Below, piece by piece: positions 30,524 to 41,666 of a DNA stretch of 64,000 nucleotides. Positions within the stretch are counted from its first letter, which is position 1, and each line of letters begins with the position of its first letter. The notes under the pieces are model-generated. The model worked only from the letters and a program-made list of their open reading frames with translations. It did not search any database and had not been told where the DNA came from. The DNA lies in the IMG/VR virus record IMGVR_UViG_3300043446_004437, positions 62,001 to 126,000 of that record; one strand, written 5' to 3'. A program made the position numbers and the translations under genes.

Positions 30524-30775
30524 ATGGAAAACAATATGTCAAACGCTTCCGCATCTCAGCCAACTGGTATGGCAAATTTGAGGTTTGGTGTTTACAACCA
30601 GCCTACAAATGTTGCTGGAAAATCTGTTCAGCAAGCGCGCGAACAGTTTTCTAAAATTTGGGGTATCCCAAATGACGCAGTTGCTTACAAGGGCAAGGAC
30701 AAGCTCGACGAGAATTACGTTATTCAGCCAGGTGACAACGTAGAATTCCACCGTCGTGCCGGCGAGAAGGGCTGA
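30524..30775 (+). CDS. ubiquitin-like (beta-grasp) protein ending RRAGEKG
   Basis: 83 aa, C-terminal Gly, VIQPGDNVEF strand, directly after E1, strong RBS and C-ending codons. Confidence 0.8.
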   Translation: MENNMSNASASQPTGMANLRFGVYNQPTNVAGKSVQQAREQFSKIWGIPNDAVAYKGKDKLDENYVIQPGDNVEFHRRAGEKG

Positions 30776-30794
30776 TTAATTCAGTCATAAGATC

Positions 30795-30840
30795 GTGGGA
30801 AGGCTCTAATTTCCGCTAATAGAGCCTTCCCACATTTTTT
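30795..30840 (+). terminator. Rho-independent terminator
   Basis: 14-bp stem gtgggaaggctcta/tagagccttcccac followed by a T-run. Confidence 0.85.
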
Positions 30841-30874
30841 TTAAAAGGCGTAAGTCTATCTATCAGGGGAAAAA

Positions 30875-32479
30875 ATGTTATTTGATGAAATAAAACTTGG
30901 TTATCCATCTTTATGGCTTAAAACCACAGAATATTCAAGAGCCGCAGAAAGTTTAGTTTCTTATGATTTTAGAGACTTTTATACAATAAATTTTGAGTCT
31001 GGCTTTTCTCAGTATGTTGGTGGTGCATGGAAAACAATTCTTATAGAATCTATAAATCCAGAAAATGGAGAAACAATCCATCAATCTACATTTGATCCTT
31101 CTGTATCGTTAAATTATTTACTTAATCTTAAATCAGATAAGCCAGTTACTTATTTGCTACCAATTTTAGGCAAACCTGATTCTGTTCTTCTTCCATACAT
31201 TTCTTTTGTTGCTGCTTTAAATGATAATTACAGAAAGAACTTTTGGCTTGATAATATTGAAGCAACATCGCTTCAAGTAGTATTTATATCTTCTGCCGAT
31301 GCTCCAGAAGAATATTTGCATATGTTTAAAACTGTTCAGTTTTCTTATCCTAATTCAGAAGAACTTTTTACAGTAGTTAATCATATCGATACTTCTTCTG
31401 CTGGAAGATTTGTTGATCAAAATGAAATCAAAGATATTGTTCGTTCTGGCTTAGGTCTTACAGAAGATCGTTTTGTTGATCTTTGTTTACGTTCTATTGT
31501 CAACAACAATAAGATTGATAGCAAATATGTTTATGATCAAAAGATGGCTCATATTAAAGAAGCTGGTATTTTGGAGATTATTAAACCTAAAATATCTTTT
31601 GATAATATTGGTGGCTTAGATAATATTAAAGATATTATTCAAAGAACAAAACTATTGTGGGCTAACCGGGAACAAGCAAAATCTTTTGGCGTTGTTCCGA
31701 TTAGAAGAGTTCTTATGGTGGGCGTTCCCGGCACCGGCAAGTCTGCTATTTGTCAAGCAACTGCGAAAGAACTTGGCCTTGACTTGGCCCGTACTGGCAT
31801 TAGCCAAGTTATGAACTCTTTTGTCGGCAAATCAGAAGCAAACATGAGAGCTGTTTTTGATCAGATTAAAATGATGACTCCGCTTTGTGTTTGGATCGAC
31901 GAGTTTGGTCGCGATCTTTCAGGTGGCTCTAGCAGTTCTCATGTTGACGCAGGCACTACTGATCGTGTTCACGGTGAATTTTTGACAGGATTGCAGGAAC
32001 TTCCAGAAGATACTTTCCTTATGTGTGCCGCAAACCAGCTAGATAATCTTCGTCCAGAAATGCTTCGTGCAGATCGTTTCGACAAGATAGTCTTTGTTGG
32101 TTTGCCTTCACATCAAGAAAGAAAAGATATCTTTAAAATTATTCTTAAAGATATTGAAACTGATCACATCTTTGATTACGATGCACTTGCGGAAAAAGCA
32201 CAGTACTTTACTGGCGCAGAAATTACCGCACTAATCAAAGAAGTTAAATTCTTTGTTGTTTCTTCACAACTTCGACCAATCAATACTCAAGATATTATAT
32301 CTTATATTCCTACTGTAAGAAATATTCTCTGGAACAAAAACAGAGATATGATTAAAAACATGTATCAGTATGCTCTTGAACAATGGGATTGGGCTTCTAC
32401 TGAACAGCTACAAGATGCTAAAATGATTATACACGGTACGAGAAGCAACTCTGATAAAGACTTAGCTTGGAAAATATAA
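30875..32479 (+). CDS. classical-clade AAA+ ATPase (Ycf46-like, degenerate N-terminal module)
   Basis: GVPGTGKS, WIDE, AANQLDNLRPEMLRADRFD second region of homology. Confidence 0.92.
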   Translation: MLFDEIKLGYPSLWLKTTEYSRAAESLVSYDFRDFYTINFESGFSQYVGGAWKTILIESINPENGETIHQSTFDPSVSLNYLLNLKSDKPVTYLLPILGKPDSVLLPYISFVAALNDNYRKNFWLDNIEATSLQVVFISSADAPEEYLHMFKTVQFSYPNSEELFTVVNHIDTSSAGRFVDQNEIKDIVRSGLGLTEDRFVDLCLRSIVNNNKIDSKYVYDQKMAHIKEAGILEIIKPKISFDNIGGLDNIKDIIQRTKLLWANREQAKSFGVVPIRRVLMVGVPGTGKSAICQATAKELGLDLARTGISQVMNSFVGKSEANMRAVFDQIKMMTPLCVWIDEFGRDLSGGSSSSHVDAGTTDRVHGEFLTGLQELPEDTFLMCAANQLDNLRPEMLRADRFDKIVFVGLPSHQERKDIFKIILKDIETDHIFDYDALAEKAQYFTGAEITALIKEVKFFVVSSQLRPINTQDIISYIPTVRNILWNKNRDMIKNMYQYALEQWDWASTEQLQDAKMIIHGTRSNSDKDLAWKI

Positions 32480-32487
32480 GGATAAAT

Positions 32488-35266
32488 ATGTCAGATCAAA
32501 TTGATTTTTCTAACATTGAAGAAGTATTAGAAAGCATACAAGTAGATAAAGATGTTCCCAACAACCATTCTTTATCTGCAAATAAACAGTATGATCAGGA
32601 CCTTTATAAAAAATGGTTTCGTTCTAAAACACAAAGCGGATTTCTTTCTATCAAACCATGGTATCAAGGTTTGAAATTTAAGATTGATATTGGTAAAACA
32701 TCTCCAGATGGAAAGCTTTTAGGAAGCACTATGGTGTTTGTCGACGCCATAGATTTTGCAGCATATTTAGATTCTGTTGTTAACGGTACAGCAAAACTTA
32801 ATTTTCCCGCCAATGAAAAAAATGGTAGCGTTACAGATGAATCTTTTGTTTCCTATGGCGGTGGCATCATAGAATCAAAACCAATATCAAGAATATTTAA
32901 ATCTCACTATTGGCAGAACTCTGACAAATCTTATGATTCTAATGCATTCGTTTGGAAATGCGGACATTTTGCTGCACGTAAAACAGAAAGCGGAGCTTTT
33001 ATTCCAAACATGTCTTCACCTGTATCTGTAGACTCAATTAAAGTTACAAGACAGGATCTTGTAAGCATTTCTTATATGCTAAAATTGTCACTAACATCTC
33101 ACGTGACAAACAATCCTGATTGGTATAACATATAATTATGACTGATAACTACACTGAAGCTAACATTGAAATAATGACTAAGATTCTTTCTTCTTTAGTT
33201 GAAGAAGTATATCAAAAAATATTAACTGATATCGAGTCTCAGTTTAAAGATATACTTGCAAAATTAGAAAAATATGAAGATCAAGTTGCGACAATAGTGT
33301 ATGCTTATGGAGAGCAAGCTATAGTTATGGAAGCGTTAACTTCCCAACTTGAGTATGCTACTCCAGAAGCTCAAAAAGCTTTTACTGATAGTTTATCAGA
33401 GCAACGAAAGAAAATGATACAGGTTCTCAATGAAAGCTCTAAAGGATTTATGGCCGACAACGATCCAGGAATTGCAAGAGCCCTTGGCAACCTGGTTGAA
33501 AAAAAGTTATCTGACACAAATTAATAACAATGAATGCGTGTTATTTGTAGATAAACATAATTATTTACTTTTACAAAATATTGTTTATCTTTCACAGATA
33601 TATCCTCTTGTTAAATCATTATGTCCTGAATTTAAATCTTTACATTTATTAGAAACAAATCTTTTAACTTATTTAAGACAATCAAAAATAGAATTGTATT
33701 CTGTAGAGGTAGTATAATGCTTATAACTAATTTTAATGATATTTCTTCTTTTAACCATTTTTGGAATGATGGCATTGATAGACTGCACAACTGCAGGCCA
33801 CTTACAGAAGAACTGTATGTTTTATTATCTTTTAATCGGTTAGATATAGTCAAAGCTCATGTAGAGTCCGGAGCATCAGTATCTAACTATGTTGAACAAA
33901 TTCAACAAAATCTTCCTGAACAATATCAAACTATCGTTTCGGAATACCATACAAAATTTAAATCCGAACACACTGCGTACGTTTATCCTTACAGTTCAAC
34001 AAAATTCTTTAACAGTATGTTTAAAGAAATTTTACCCTCCGCTGCAAAAAAACTTTACTCATTAATTTTTAATGATTCTTCTTTTATACAAATGTATGAT
34101 TCAACTGCAACATCTTTCAAAGGATGTATCTTATTTAAGATTGTTCCTACTTTAAAGAACTTAAAAGAAATAAATAATATAGTTTTTAACACAGTTTCAT
34201 CTGATTCTGTCGCAGTTCTTCAAGATGTATTATCTCATATACAGCTAATAGTAGAAGACAATGAAGCTTACAAAAATTATATCTTAGAACTTGAATCTGC
34301 TGTAATTAATCTAAACAGTAAAATAGATCTTCTTCAAAAAGAAGGCATGAACGGTTATCTTCTTAGCTGGCATTAATGTGAAAAGGAAATATATATATGT
34401 ATAAAATAAAAACTTCATTAAGCGGCTCATCATATGCTGCTATCCCTGTTGATTCAGTCAACAGTATGAATTTATTTGTAAATCAATACAGTAAAATTCC
34501 TTTAAATAAAGTTGTTTACGATTACTTTAATACAGGTCAAGTATATGTAAACTTCCCATCTAGCTCAGGTAAGATTCTTGGTTTTTCTGATACTATGTGC
34601 ACCATACTCGTCAGGTATGTTGTCAAGCCTTCTTTCTTTAACCAGTTTGATGATAATCATACTTTTGAAGTTCCTAGTTGGGCTACTAGGTTCGTTGATG
34701 ATCAGTTAAATGGCTGGATGCTTGATATTGGTTTAGTCTTTGAAATTGACAGTTCACCTGCTGCAAATCCAATCTGTAAACATTATACTGGTTACACTTC
34801 TGAAAACAATTATGTAACTTCTAAAAATTATTTGTTTGCCAACAAACCTAATTCTATTAGATCTAATTGTTCAAATTCAAAAGTTTATGTGAATAAACTT
34901 ACTCCACATTCATGCATATACAGTGATACAAAAACTCCTTTTGTTAGCTGTCCTTTTTATGAATATGATTATGAAGTAGTTGAAAGTTTTCAAATACACA
35001 AAAACACGCATTCTCCACAAGAATTTGAACTAAGATATATTCCTTGTTCAGATAGCTTTGCAATATATCATTTTTATGATATTACAAATAAACAAATTAA
35101 TTATTCTATCTTTGAAAAAGATACACCAGAATTAAAAGATACTGTTATGTTGGCTGTAAATGAAATCATTTCATCTTACTCTAACTATGAAGTTAAACAA
35201 ATTCAAAATCAAGGCGTTTCTGTCAGTGCGCCAGAAAAGAAAAGCTACATACTTTCTTTAGTCTGA
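32488..35266 (+). CDS. five hypothetical ORFs (32488-33135, 33138-33524, about 33538-33717, 33717-34376, 34397-35266)
   Basis: Contiguous ORFs without recognisable motifs. Confidence 0.7.
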
Positions 35267-35273
35267 GGTCACC

Positions 35274-36734
35274 ATGCAATACAACATTTTATCCTGTAAT
35301 GAACAGGACACAACGCTTTACAATACAAGTTACAATATGAATAATTATTATTCTTATATTCATAATATAACTAAGTATTTGTCACAAAACGGCACAGATA
35401 TTACCGCTCCAATACTTACAACTGTGTCAATGCGTCGAACTGTTAGCGTTTCTACAGATAGAGTTTATGATTCCATTAACGCCAACGCAGCAGGAAAATA
35501 CAACCCATCATTTTATCCAATGGCTGTACGCTATATATCTGCTAAAGGAACTTACGTAGTTGAACGACCACCTTTTCAACTAGAAGTTGACTATAGAATG
35601 GGCTCTGCTCATTCTGGTCATCCCAAAATGCCGCCTGTAAAAATTTGGGTTCCATGGACTGTTATGGTTTTTTCAGCTTCTTCTTTTGCAGAAGGTAATT
35701 TTTCTGAAGCTCAGCTTTATTTTTCTGATACCTCTTTGCAATCGCTAGACCAGCATCTAGTCCCCTGCTTTTATCCCAATTCTTATAACGATGCCAGAAT
35801 ATGTTTTTCTAATTCTTTAAGTGATTTTTCAGATGTTTTAGATATGAAGGAATTTGAAAACTTCAATATATCTTACATCTATAATTATATCTTTAATAAT
35901 TATATGATGGGTGGATGGAACTCTGACTTACACTCAAATCTACTAGGATCTCTTTCGACTCACAACTTCTCTGTTATTAATTCTTATCCAGAATTAAAAC
36001 TCTTTTTGCAACCTTCTAGCGATCAATCATTTTACGAAAAACTATCTACAGTTTTTCCTAAAGAACTTTTTTCAAAATTAAAAAGATTTTATAAACAAGA
36101 GTTCAATTATTTTAAAAGCAGAATTAGTCCTGAAAAATTGTTTGTAAGAAATTTTGGTATATTTTCTGCTTTTACACTAGAACAAAAGTTAAATTTTATT
36201 TCTTCGATAAAAGATCTTACATATTCTCAAGTTAAAGATCGTTATACGCTTTCTGCAATTGTTCAAAGAATTGACAAAAATGATTCTATTGTTGATTCTT
36301 CATCTAAAAATGCTTTACTTACTTCAATAAATTCAGATTATTTTAATTATGATTATAGTGAAGTAGATTATCATGTTTACTTTTATAATTATAATCCTCA
36401 GGATTTACAAAATCATCATCGTTTATCTTCTCTCTTTTCCAACAACTTGTGTGCGTCTTTAATTGGCGACATGATTACTTGTTTTAATGACGAAGAACCG
36501 ATTGCTTTTGCTGTTAATGCTCAAACTGGTTCTTATGACATAATTACTAATTATTCTGCGTACGATTATATAAAAGAAATCATAGACACTGTCGTTGCTA
36601 AAGCTCAAGAATTTCTACAGGAAAATTCTTCAGACAAAAACAAACAAAAAGTTTGTACGTATATTTCTAATGAAATAAACCATAATTTTACTCCTGATAA
36701 AGTTGAACATGCTTTAAAGTATTCTTTTTCCTAA
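35274..36734 (+). CDS. second E2 family D-like protein
   Basis: VVERPP...VPWTVM...PCFYPNSYNDARICF. Confidence 0.5.
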   Translation: MQYNILSCNEQDTTLYNTSYNMNNYYSYIHNITKYLSQNGTDITAPILTTVSMRRTVSVSTDRVYDSINANAAGKYNPSFYPMAVRYISAKGTYVVERPPFQLEVDYRMGSAHSGHPKMPPVKIWVPWTVMVFSASSFAEGNFSEAQLYFSDTSLQSLDQHLVPCFYPNSYNDARICFSNSLSDFSDVLDMKEFENFNISYIYNYIFNNYMMGGWNSDLHSNLLGSLSTHNFSVINSYPELKLFLQPSSDQSFYEKLSTVFPKELFSKLKRFYKQEFNYFKSRISPEKLFVRNFGIFSAFTLEQKLNFISSIKDLTYSQVKDRYTLSAIVQRIDKNDSIVDSSSKNALLTSINSDYFNYDYSEVDYHVYFYNYNPQDLQNHHRLSSLFSNNLCASLIGDMITCFNDEEPIAFAVNAQTGSYDIITNYSAYDYIKEIIDTVVAKAQEFLQENSSDKNKQKVCTYISNEINHNFTPDKVEHALKYSFS

Positions 36735-36758
36735 TTTTTAAATTAAAAAGGATTTGAT

Positions 36759-37943
36759 GTGGATCTTATAAATAATTTTATTATAGCCGATAATGAACGC
36801 GATCATTATTATTGGCATACAGGCTTTAAACCTTTTGTTCGCTACAGTAGCGTTGTATTAGACGAAACTCATACGATAACTGATAAAGATACAGTCGCTC
36901 AGTTATCATCTAGCTTTTTTAATTCTTTAGTTAGTTATAAAACTCAGTCTTTTGATTCTGGTTTAATTCCGCCAGGCTTAAAAATGCTTGGTTCTAATTA
37001 TCTAGTATTTGAAAGGCCTCCGACAGTTAAAAACATTTTTTATGTTCCTGCACATAAAAGCAGTGTTCCAGATAACACCGATAACTTGCAGCAGGTTTAT
37101 GCTTTACCAATTCCTTGGCAATTATATTTTGTATATTTTAATCCTGATATGTACACTTATTCTGTATATATGTTTTTCATGAATACAAGTATCAATAGTC
37201 CTAATCAAAATCTTTATCTTCCACCACTTCCAAATTTTTATACTCATTCTTTATTGTGTCCTCCAGTTATGAGTACAATGGAAGATGTTGACCGATACTC
37301 TAAAAATGTTTCTGGCATCATGCACTGCGCTTACGATTGGGTTTGGAATTCTGGCACAAACCATGATTTAACAGAAGCATGCATGCACGTTTCTTTTCAG
37401 TGCCCTAAAGAAAATTCTGTTATGAAGTATTTAGACGATAATGTATACAATGTATATTTTAACAAAAATCGTTTTTTAACATCTAATAGATATCAAGCTA
37501 GCACATCATACATGAGTCATTTATTTTCTTCTTGGGAAAAATGTACTTTATCTGAAGTTTGTAATTTTGTTTGGCCAAATACATCTGCGCCTTTTAGAAA
37601 TTTTAATTATGAGTCTAACGACATTACAGGCACCAGTGTTTATCAGGATAATTTAGTAAGCTATTTAGATAATGGCGATTATGACATGGATGATATTCAA
37701 GATATTATTGAGAATGATTCTTATGATCATAATGATTACATTAATTACTTGTATGCAGAAAAATTGATATCAGAAGACGAAATGTTTAATGATTTAAACA
37801 GAGCTTGGAGTCATGTTTATACTTATGAAGAAGTTATCCCAAAATTAATTGCTGACGTTTCTACAACTTTTTCTAGAACTACTAACAGTTTTTCACGCAC
37901 TTTAGTTTCTATTGATCAGGCTCGTCGTAATATTTCTGCTTGA
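36759..37943 (+). CDS. third E2 family D-like protein
   Basis: VFERPP...IPWQLY...LYLPPLPNFYTHSLLC. Confidence 0.5.
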   Translation: MDLINNFIIADNERDHYYWHTGFKPFVRYSSVVLDETHTITDKDTVAQLSSSFFNSLVSYKTQSFDSGLIPPGLKMLGSNYLVFERPPTVKNIFYVPAHKSSVPDNTDNLQQVYALPIPWQLYFVYFNPDMYTYSVYMFFMNTSINSPNQNLYLPPLPNFYTHSLLCPPVMSTMEDVDRYSKNVSGIMHCAYDWVWNSGTNHDLTEACMHVSFQCPKENSVMKYLDDNVYNVYFNKNRFLTSNRYQASTSYMSHLFSSWEKCTLSEVCNFVWPNTSAPFRNFNYESNDITGTSVYQDNLVSYLDNGDYDMDDIQDIIENDSYDHNDYINYLYAEKLISEDEMFNDLNRAWSHVYTYEEVIPKLIADVSTTFSRTTNSFSRTLVSIDQARRNISA

Positions 37944-38003
37944 TTTTTTGAGTTACCTATGATACTATATGATCATATATAAACTTAAATAAAGGTAGAT
38001 AAT

Positions 38004-38300
38004 ATGCCTAAAAATTCAATAACAGAACCTATTTTTAATAGGTCTGAAGTTGCTCAAATACTAAATGTATCCACACTCACTATTTCCAATAGAGAAAAAA
38101 ATAACAAATATCCTTCACCTAAAAGAGATTTAAATAATTATAGAATCTATAGTTTAAATGATGTTTTCAATCTTCAGTTAATTACATACAACCATATTGA
38201 TCCAAAACCAATTATATCGATAATGTATGATAAAGGTTTTGAAGATGTAAAACAGCTAGGCAAGATGATTGATGCTGCTTTATCAAGAAGGACTCAATAA
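38004..38300 (+). CDS. MerR-type HTH protein
   Basis: SEVAQILNVSTLTISNREK...RD.NNYRIY...DV. Confidence 0.88.
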   Translation: MPKNSITEPIFNRSEVAQILNVSTLTISNREKNNKYPSPKRDLNNYRIYSLNDVFNLQLITYNHIDPKPIISIMYDKGFEDVKQLGKMIDAALSRRTQ

Positions 38301-38301
38301 C

Positions 38302-38550
38302 GTGCAGGAACAATACGATAACCCAACAGCAGACAGCTTAGTTGAGCAAGTTTCTGAACAAGTTTCTACTGACAAAATTTTAGATTTAAAAAATGGTATC
38401 TATAATTTGTTTGTATCTTTGTTCAATGATTACACAATTGACTTTGGTCCAATTAAAGCTGTAGAATTATCAACACAATTTCTTGATGAAATATCAGAAA
38501 ACTTTAAGCAGATCCTTAATCAAAACACAGAAAGCAAGGAAAAACCATGA
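38302..38550 (+). CDS. hypothetical protein
   Basis: GTG start inferred. Confidence 0.6.
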   Translation: MQEQYDNPTADSLVEQVSEQVSTDKILDLKNGIYNLFVSLFNDYTIDFGPIKAVELSTQFLDEISENFKQILNQNTESKEKP

Positions 38551-38978
38551 TAGACCCACGCAATTTACTCAATCTTACTGGCGGAGTTGTAACCGACGTA
38601 GAGTTGATAAATGATAAAATAGCAAAGTTTCGTTTAGCTGTTGATTACGCAGGATCAGAAAAAGGTTCTGATAATACATCTGGTTATTTTGATGTTGTGT
38701 ATTATCTTAAGGATTCTAACGGTTTTATCGGAAAGAATGCTACATTTATTCATGGTCAGATTAAAAATGACAAGATTAAAAAGGGCGCAAAACTTCAGAT
38801 CGTTGGTCGCTTGGTTCAGGAAAGATGGAAGCAAGATGATCAAAATAAAAATCGCGTTGTTGTAGTTGCTGAGCACATTTCTTATGCAGCAACTGCTGGA
38901 GCCCAAGGAACTAAAACATCTTCCGCTGGAACATCATCTGACACAGAGACGCAGAGTTCTGTTCCAGATAGTTTCTAA
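38547..38978 (+). CDS. ssb: single-stranded DNA-binding protein
   Basis: OB-fold pattern FRLAV...KGAKLQIVGRL.QERW; DSF tail. Confidence 0.92.
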   Translation: MIDPRNLLNLTGGVVTDVELINDKIAKFRLAVDYAGSEKGSDNTSGYFDVVYYLKDSNGFIGKNATFIHGQIKNDKIKKGAKLQIVGRLVQERWKQDDQNKNRVVVVAEHISYAATAGAQGTKTSSAGTSSDTETQSSVPDSF

Positions 38979-39727
38979 TGGAAGAATTTAGCGAAGAGTT
39001 ATTAAACTCTTTAATAGAAGAAGCTTTGAATGAAAAGGGGGAGAGCTTATTAAGACCGGCTTCTAGTATGTATCTTTCATATAATGAAACAGATTTATTG
39101 TCTCTTGTTTATAACTATATGTCTAAACACTTACCAGAATCTGAGCTTAATAATGTTTTTCAAGAGTTTCGTTCAGAGCTTCTTTCTAGGAAAGTTCCTA
39201 TTACTCCAAAAGAACTACACACGGTTACAAAAAACTGTAGAAAATGCGGCATATCTGCAACCGCAGAACTTCCTAAGTGGAATGTAATAGATCCTGATGT
39301 AGTTATTGTTGTTGAATCTCCTTCAATAGAACCAGAAGCCATAAATCTTATGATAGATTCTATAAAAGAATCTAAGTTTAAATCATCAGATTTATGTTTG
39401 ACTTATGTTAATAGATGTCCTAAATACGGTAAATATGATAACAAAGAAATAATTAATTGTTCACCATATTTGCATACAGAAATACAAAGTTTAAATCCTA
39501 AACTTATTGTAACTATGGGAGCTTTAGCAGCTTCTGTTTTATTTGGAACAGATATTAAACTAAAAGATTACCGAGGCAATGTTACTTGGCTTGGCTATTG
39601 GCCTATATTGCCAACATATTCTCCAGGATATGTTTTAAAATCTGGTGCTAATTCTATTGAGCAGTTTAAATCTGATATTGTTCAAGCTTATCAGTTTGTA
39701 CATAAACCTAAAAAGGAAGTTGTGTAA
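38978..39727 (+). CDS. udg: uracil-DNA glycosylase family 4
   Basis: CRKC, VESP, TYVNRCP, CSPYL..EI, TYSP motifs. Confidence 0.88.
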   Translation: MEEFSEELLNSLIEEALNEKGESLLRPASSMYLSYNETDLLSLVYNYMSKHLPESELNNVFQEFRSELLSRKVPITPKELHTVTKNCRKCGISATAELPKWNVIDPDVVIVVESPSIEPEAINLMIDSIKESKFKSSDLCLTYVNRCPKYGKYDNKEIINCSPYLHTEIQSLNPKLIVTMGALAASVLFGTDIKLKDYRGNVTWLGYWPILPTYSPGYVLKSGANSIEQFKSDIVQAYQFVHKPKKEVV

Positions 39728-40574
39728 TGAAAGATACAATATATACTTATTCTTTTGTTTCTGATCTTAATCAATCTCAGCTTTCTCAATTTGAAGAACT
39801 TGTTACAAAAGATGTCAAAAATGGCTCTGCTCCAGAAGAGTTGGAAATATTAAAATCTAATATTGATTTGTGGCTGTATTTTCTTTCTTCGATTAGAAGA
39901 AACGTAGAATATCATTTATCTTCTCGAACTGCTGCACGCAAAGCAAAAATATCAGAAATGATACAAAATAAAGATTCTAAAGAGCTTCTTGATTCTTTTA
40001 GAAAATCAGAAGATGAGTGGAGAGTAAACGCTATAAAATTTCTTTCTACAATAGAAAAGAAAACTTTATATGTTAAGATGATTGTTAAAGAACAAAAACA
40101 AGCAGAAAAAATACAGTATCTTTAATGCAGCCCGTATTACATTGTCCTGAAATAATACATTCAATTGAAGCAACTTTAGATGAAGAAGATTCATTTGAAC
40201 TCGTAAAAAATTTTTCTCAGGTTTTTCCTTTTTATTATCATTACAGTGTCTCTCAACATGGCTTTAAACAGGTTCTTGATTTAGCTACTACTTTTTCTGC
40301 TCTTCATTCTAGAGTAAAAATAAAAATAAGTGGTTTTGAACAAACAATAAATTCATCTATTCCTTTAGATGTTTTACGTTACAAGATGCTTCCAGATGGC
40401 TCTTATTGCTCTCTAGGAAGCTCTAGGATCGCTAATCAACCTAGTTACATAGTAGAGGGCGCTTTATGGTCAAATGGCTTTTATTATTTGACTAGAGAGC
40501 AAGATTCAATTAACATACTTGATTTACATTTTTATGTTGACCAGTATACAAAAACGATGCACAGGTACATATGA
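39727..40574 (+). CDS. two hypothetical ORFs (39727-40125, 40125-40574)
   Basis: TAATG coupling. Confidence 0.7.
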
Positions 40575-40861
40575 CAATTAAATCTTATTTTTTCCGCGAT
40601 AGTTCTTTTATAACTAATGTTTCCTATAGTGAAGATACAGAAGTTTTATATATTAAATTTAATTCTGGTACCACATGGGTTTATTATGATGTATCTCAAG
40701 AAGTTTATAATAGACTTGTAAAGTCTACTTCTGTTGGTGAATATTTTAATAAAAACATTCGAAATAAATATTCATCTCAAAGAATTAATTATAAAATTGA
40801 GGATAGCCAAAATGTCCAGGAACAAGAAAAAGAAGAAAAAGAACAGAAATCTTTATCATAA
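40571..40861 (+). CDS. KTSC-domain protein
   Basis: SSFI..V.Y......LYI.F.SG..W.YYDV....Y..L..S.SVG.YFN..IR. Confidence 0.9.
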   Translation: MTIKSYFFRDSSFITNVSYSEDTEVLYIKFNSGTTWVYYDVSQEVYNRLVKSTSVGEYFNKNIRNKYSSQRINYKIEDSQNVQEQEKEEKEQKSLS

Positions 40862-40975
40862 TTATTATAATTCTTCTGTTTCTGTAACTTTTGATCAGAT
40901 TCAACATTTGGCAGTACAGGTGTTTGGTTCTCGTTTTTACCAGCATAATGAACCAAATGATGATATAATAAATAC

Positions 40976-41587
40976 ATGACGACCATCGTTGCTTTACAAG
41001 GTGATAATTTTGCTGTCGTATATGTAGATTCTCGTATATCAACATCTGATTCTTCTGGTTTTATATCGCAGGTTTCTACCTTAAAAGAAGGTTCTGGTAA
41101 AGTAGCATTAAACGGAAAGTATTTGTTGGGTGCTGCCGGAGATGTGAGGGCAATTAACATTTTGCATCACGTTTTTCAGCCTCCTACTCCCCCTCCAAAT
41201 ATGAAAGGTAAAAAACTAGATCAGTTTTTTACTGCTAAGTTTATACCTGCTTTGCGTGAATGTTTTGAGCAGCAGGGATACGCAATGCCAGACATAGAAG
41301 AAAAAGAACATATCGCAGAACAATCTTCAACAATACTTGTTGTTATACATGGCACAATATATGTTGTTGATGGAGATTATTCTTGGATATCTGATTCTTC
41401 CGGAATGTATGCTTTAGGTACCGGAGCACCTTATGCTTTAGGCGCTATGCAAGCATTGAATCTAAACAAAAAACTTACCATACCTCAGGCTAAAAAAATG
41501 GCCTTAAAAGCTTTAACCACCGCTGCCAAATTCGACCCACACACCGGATCTCCTTTTCATTATCATTTACAGGAACAGGCTAAATAG
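40976..41587 (+). CDS. proteasome beta / HslV-like Ntn threonine protease
   Basis: M-TTIVA N-terminus, DSR, conserved Lys, GAAGD, ALGTGA..ALGA, D..TG. Confidence 0.85.
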   Translation: MTTIVALQGDNFAVVYVDSRISTSDSSGFISQVSTLKEGSGKVALNGKYLLGAAGDVRAINILHHVFQPPTPPPNMKGKKLDQFFTAKFIPALRECFEQQGYAMPDIEEKEHIAEQSSTILVVIHGTIYVVDGDYSWISDSSGMYALGTGAPYALGAMQALNLNKKLTIPQAKKMALKALTTAAKFDPHTGSPFHYHLQEQAK

Positions 41588-41666
41588 TTACTTTTTGACT
41601 TTTTACTGCTTACCTATATATAATGTCCAAAGTTTGTTATTTGGCAGATACAGTAAGGAGCAGTGA

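Noticed and set aside
29747-30775. Thiamine or molybdopterin biosynthesis (ThiF-ThiS)
   Set aside because: No thiG or moa genes; neighbours are JAB, E2-like and AAA+, and the Ubl ends EKG rather than GG.
33500-33506. A AAA AAG slippery heptamer near the end of ORF 33138-33524
   Set aside because: The -1 frame stops within a few codons (gtt atc tga), the following ORF is in the +1 frame, and no stimulatory hairpin is present.
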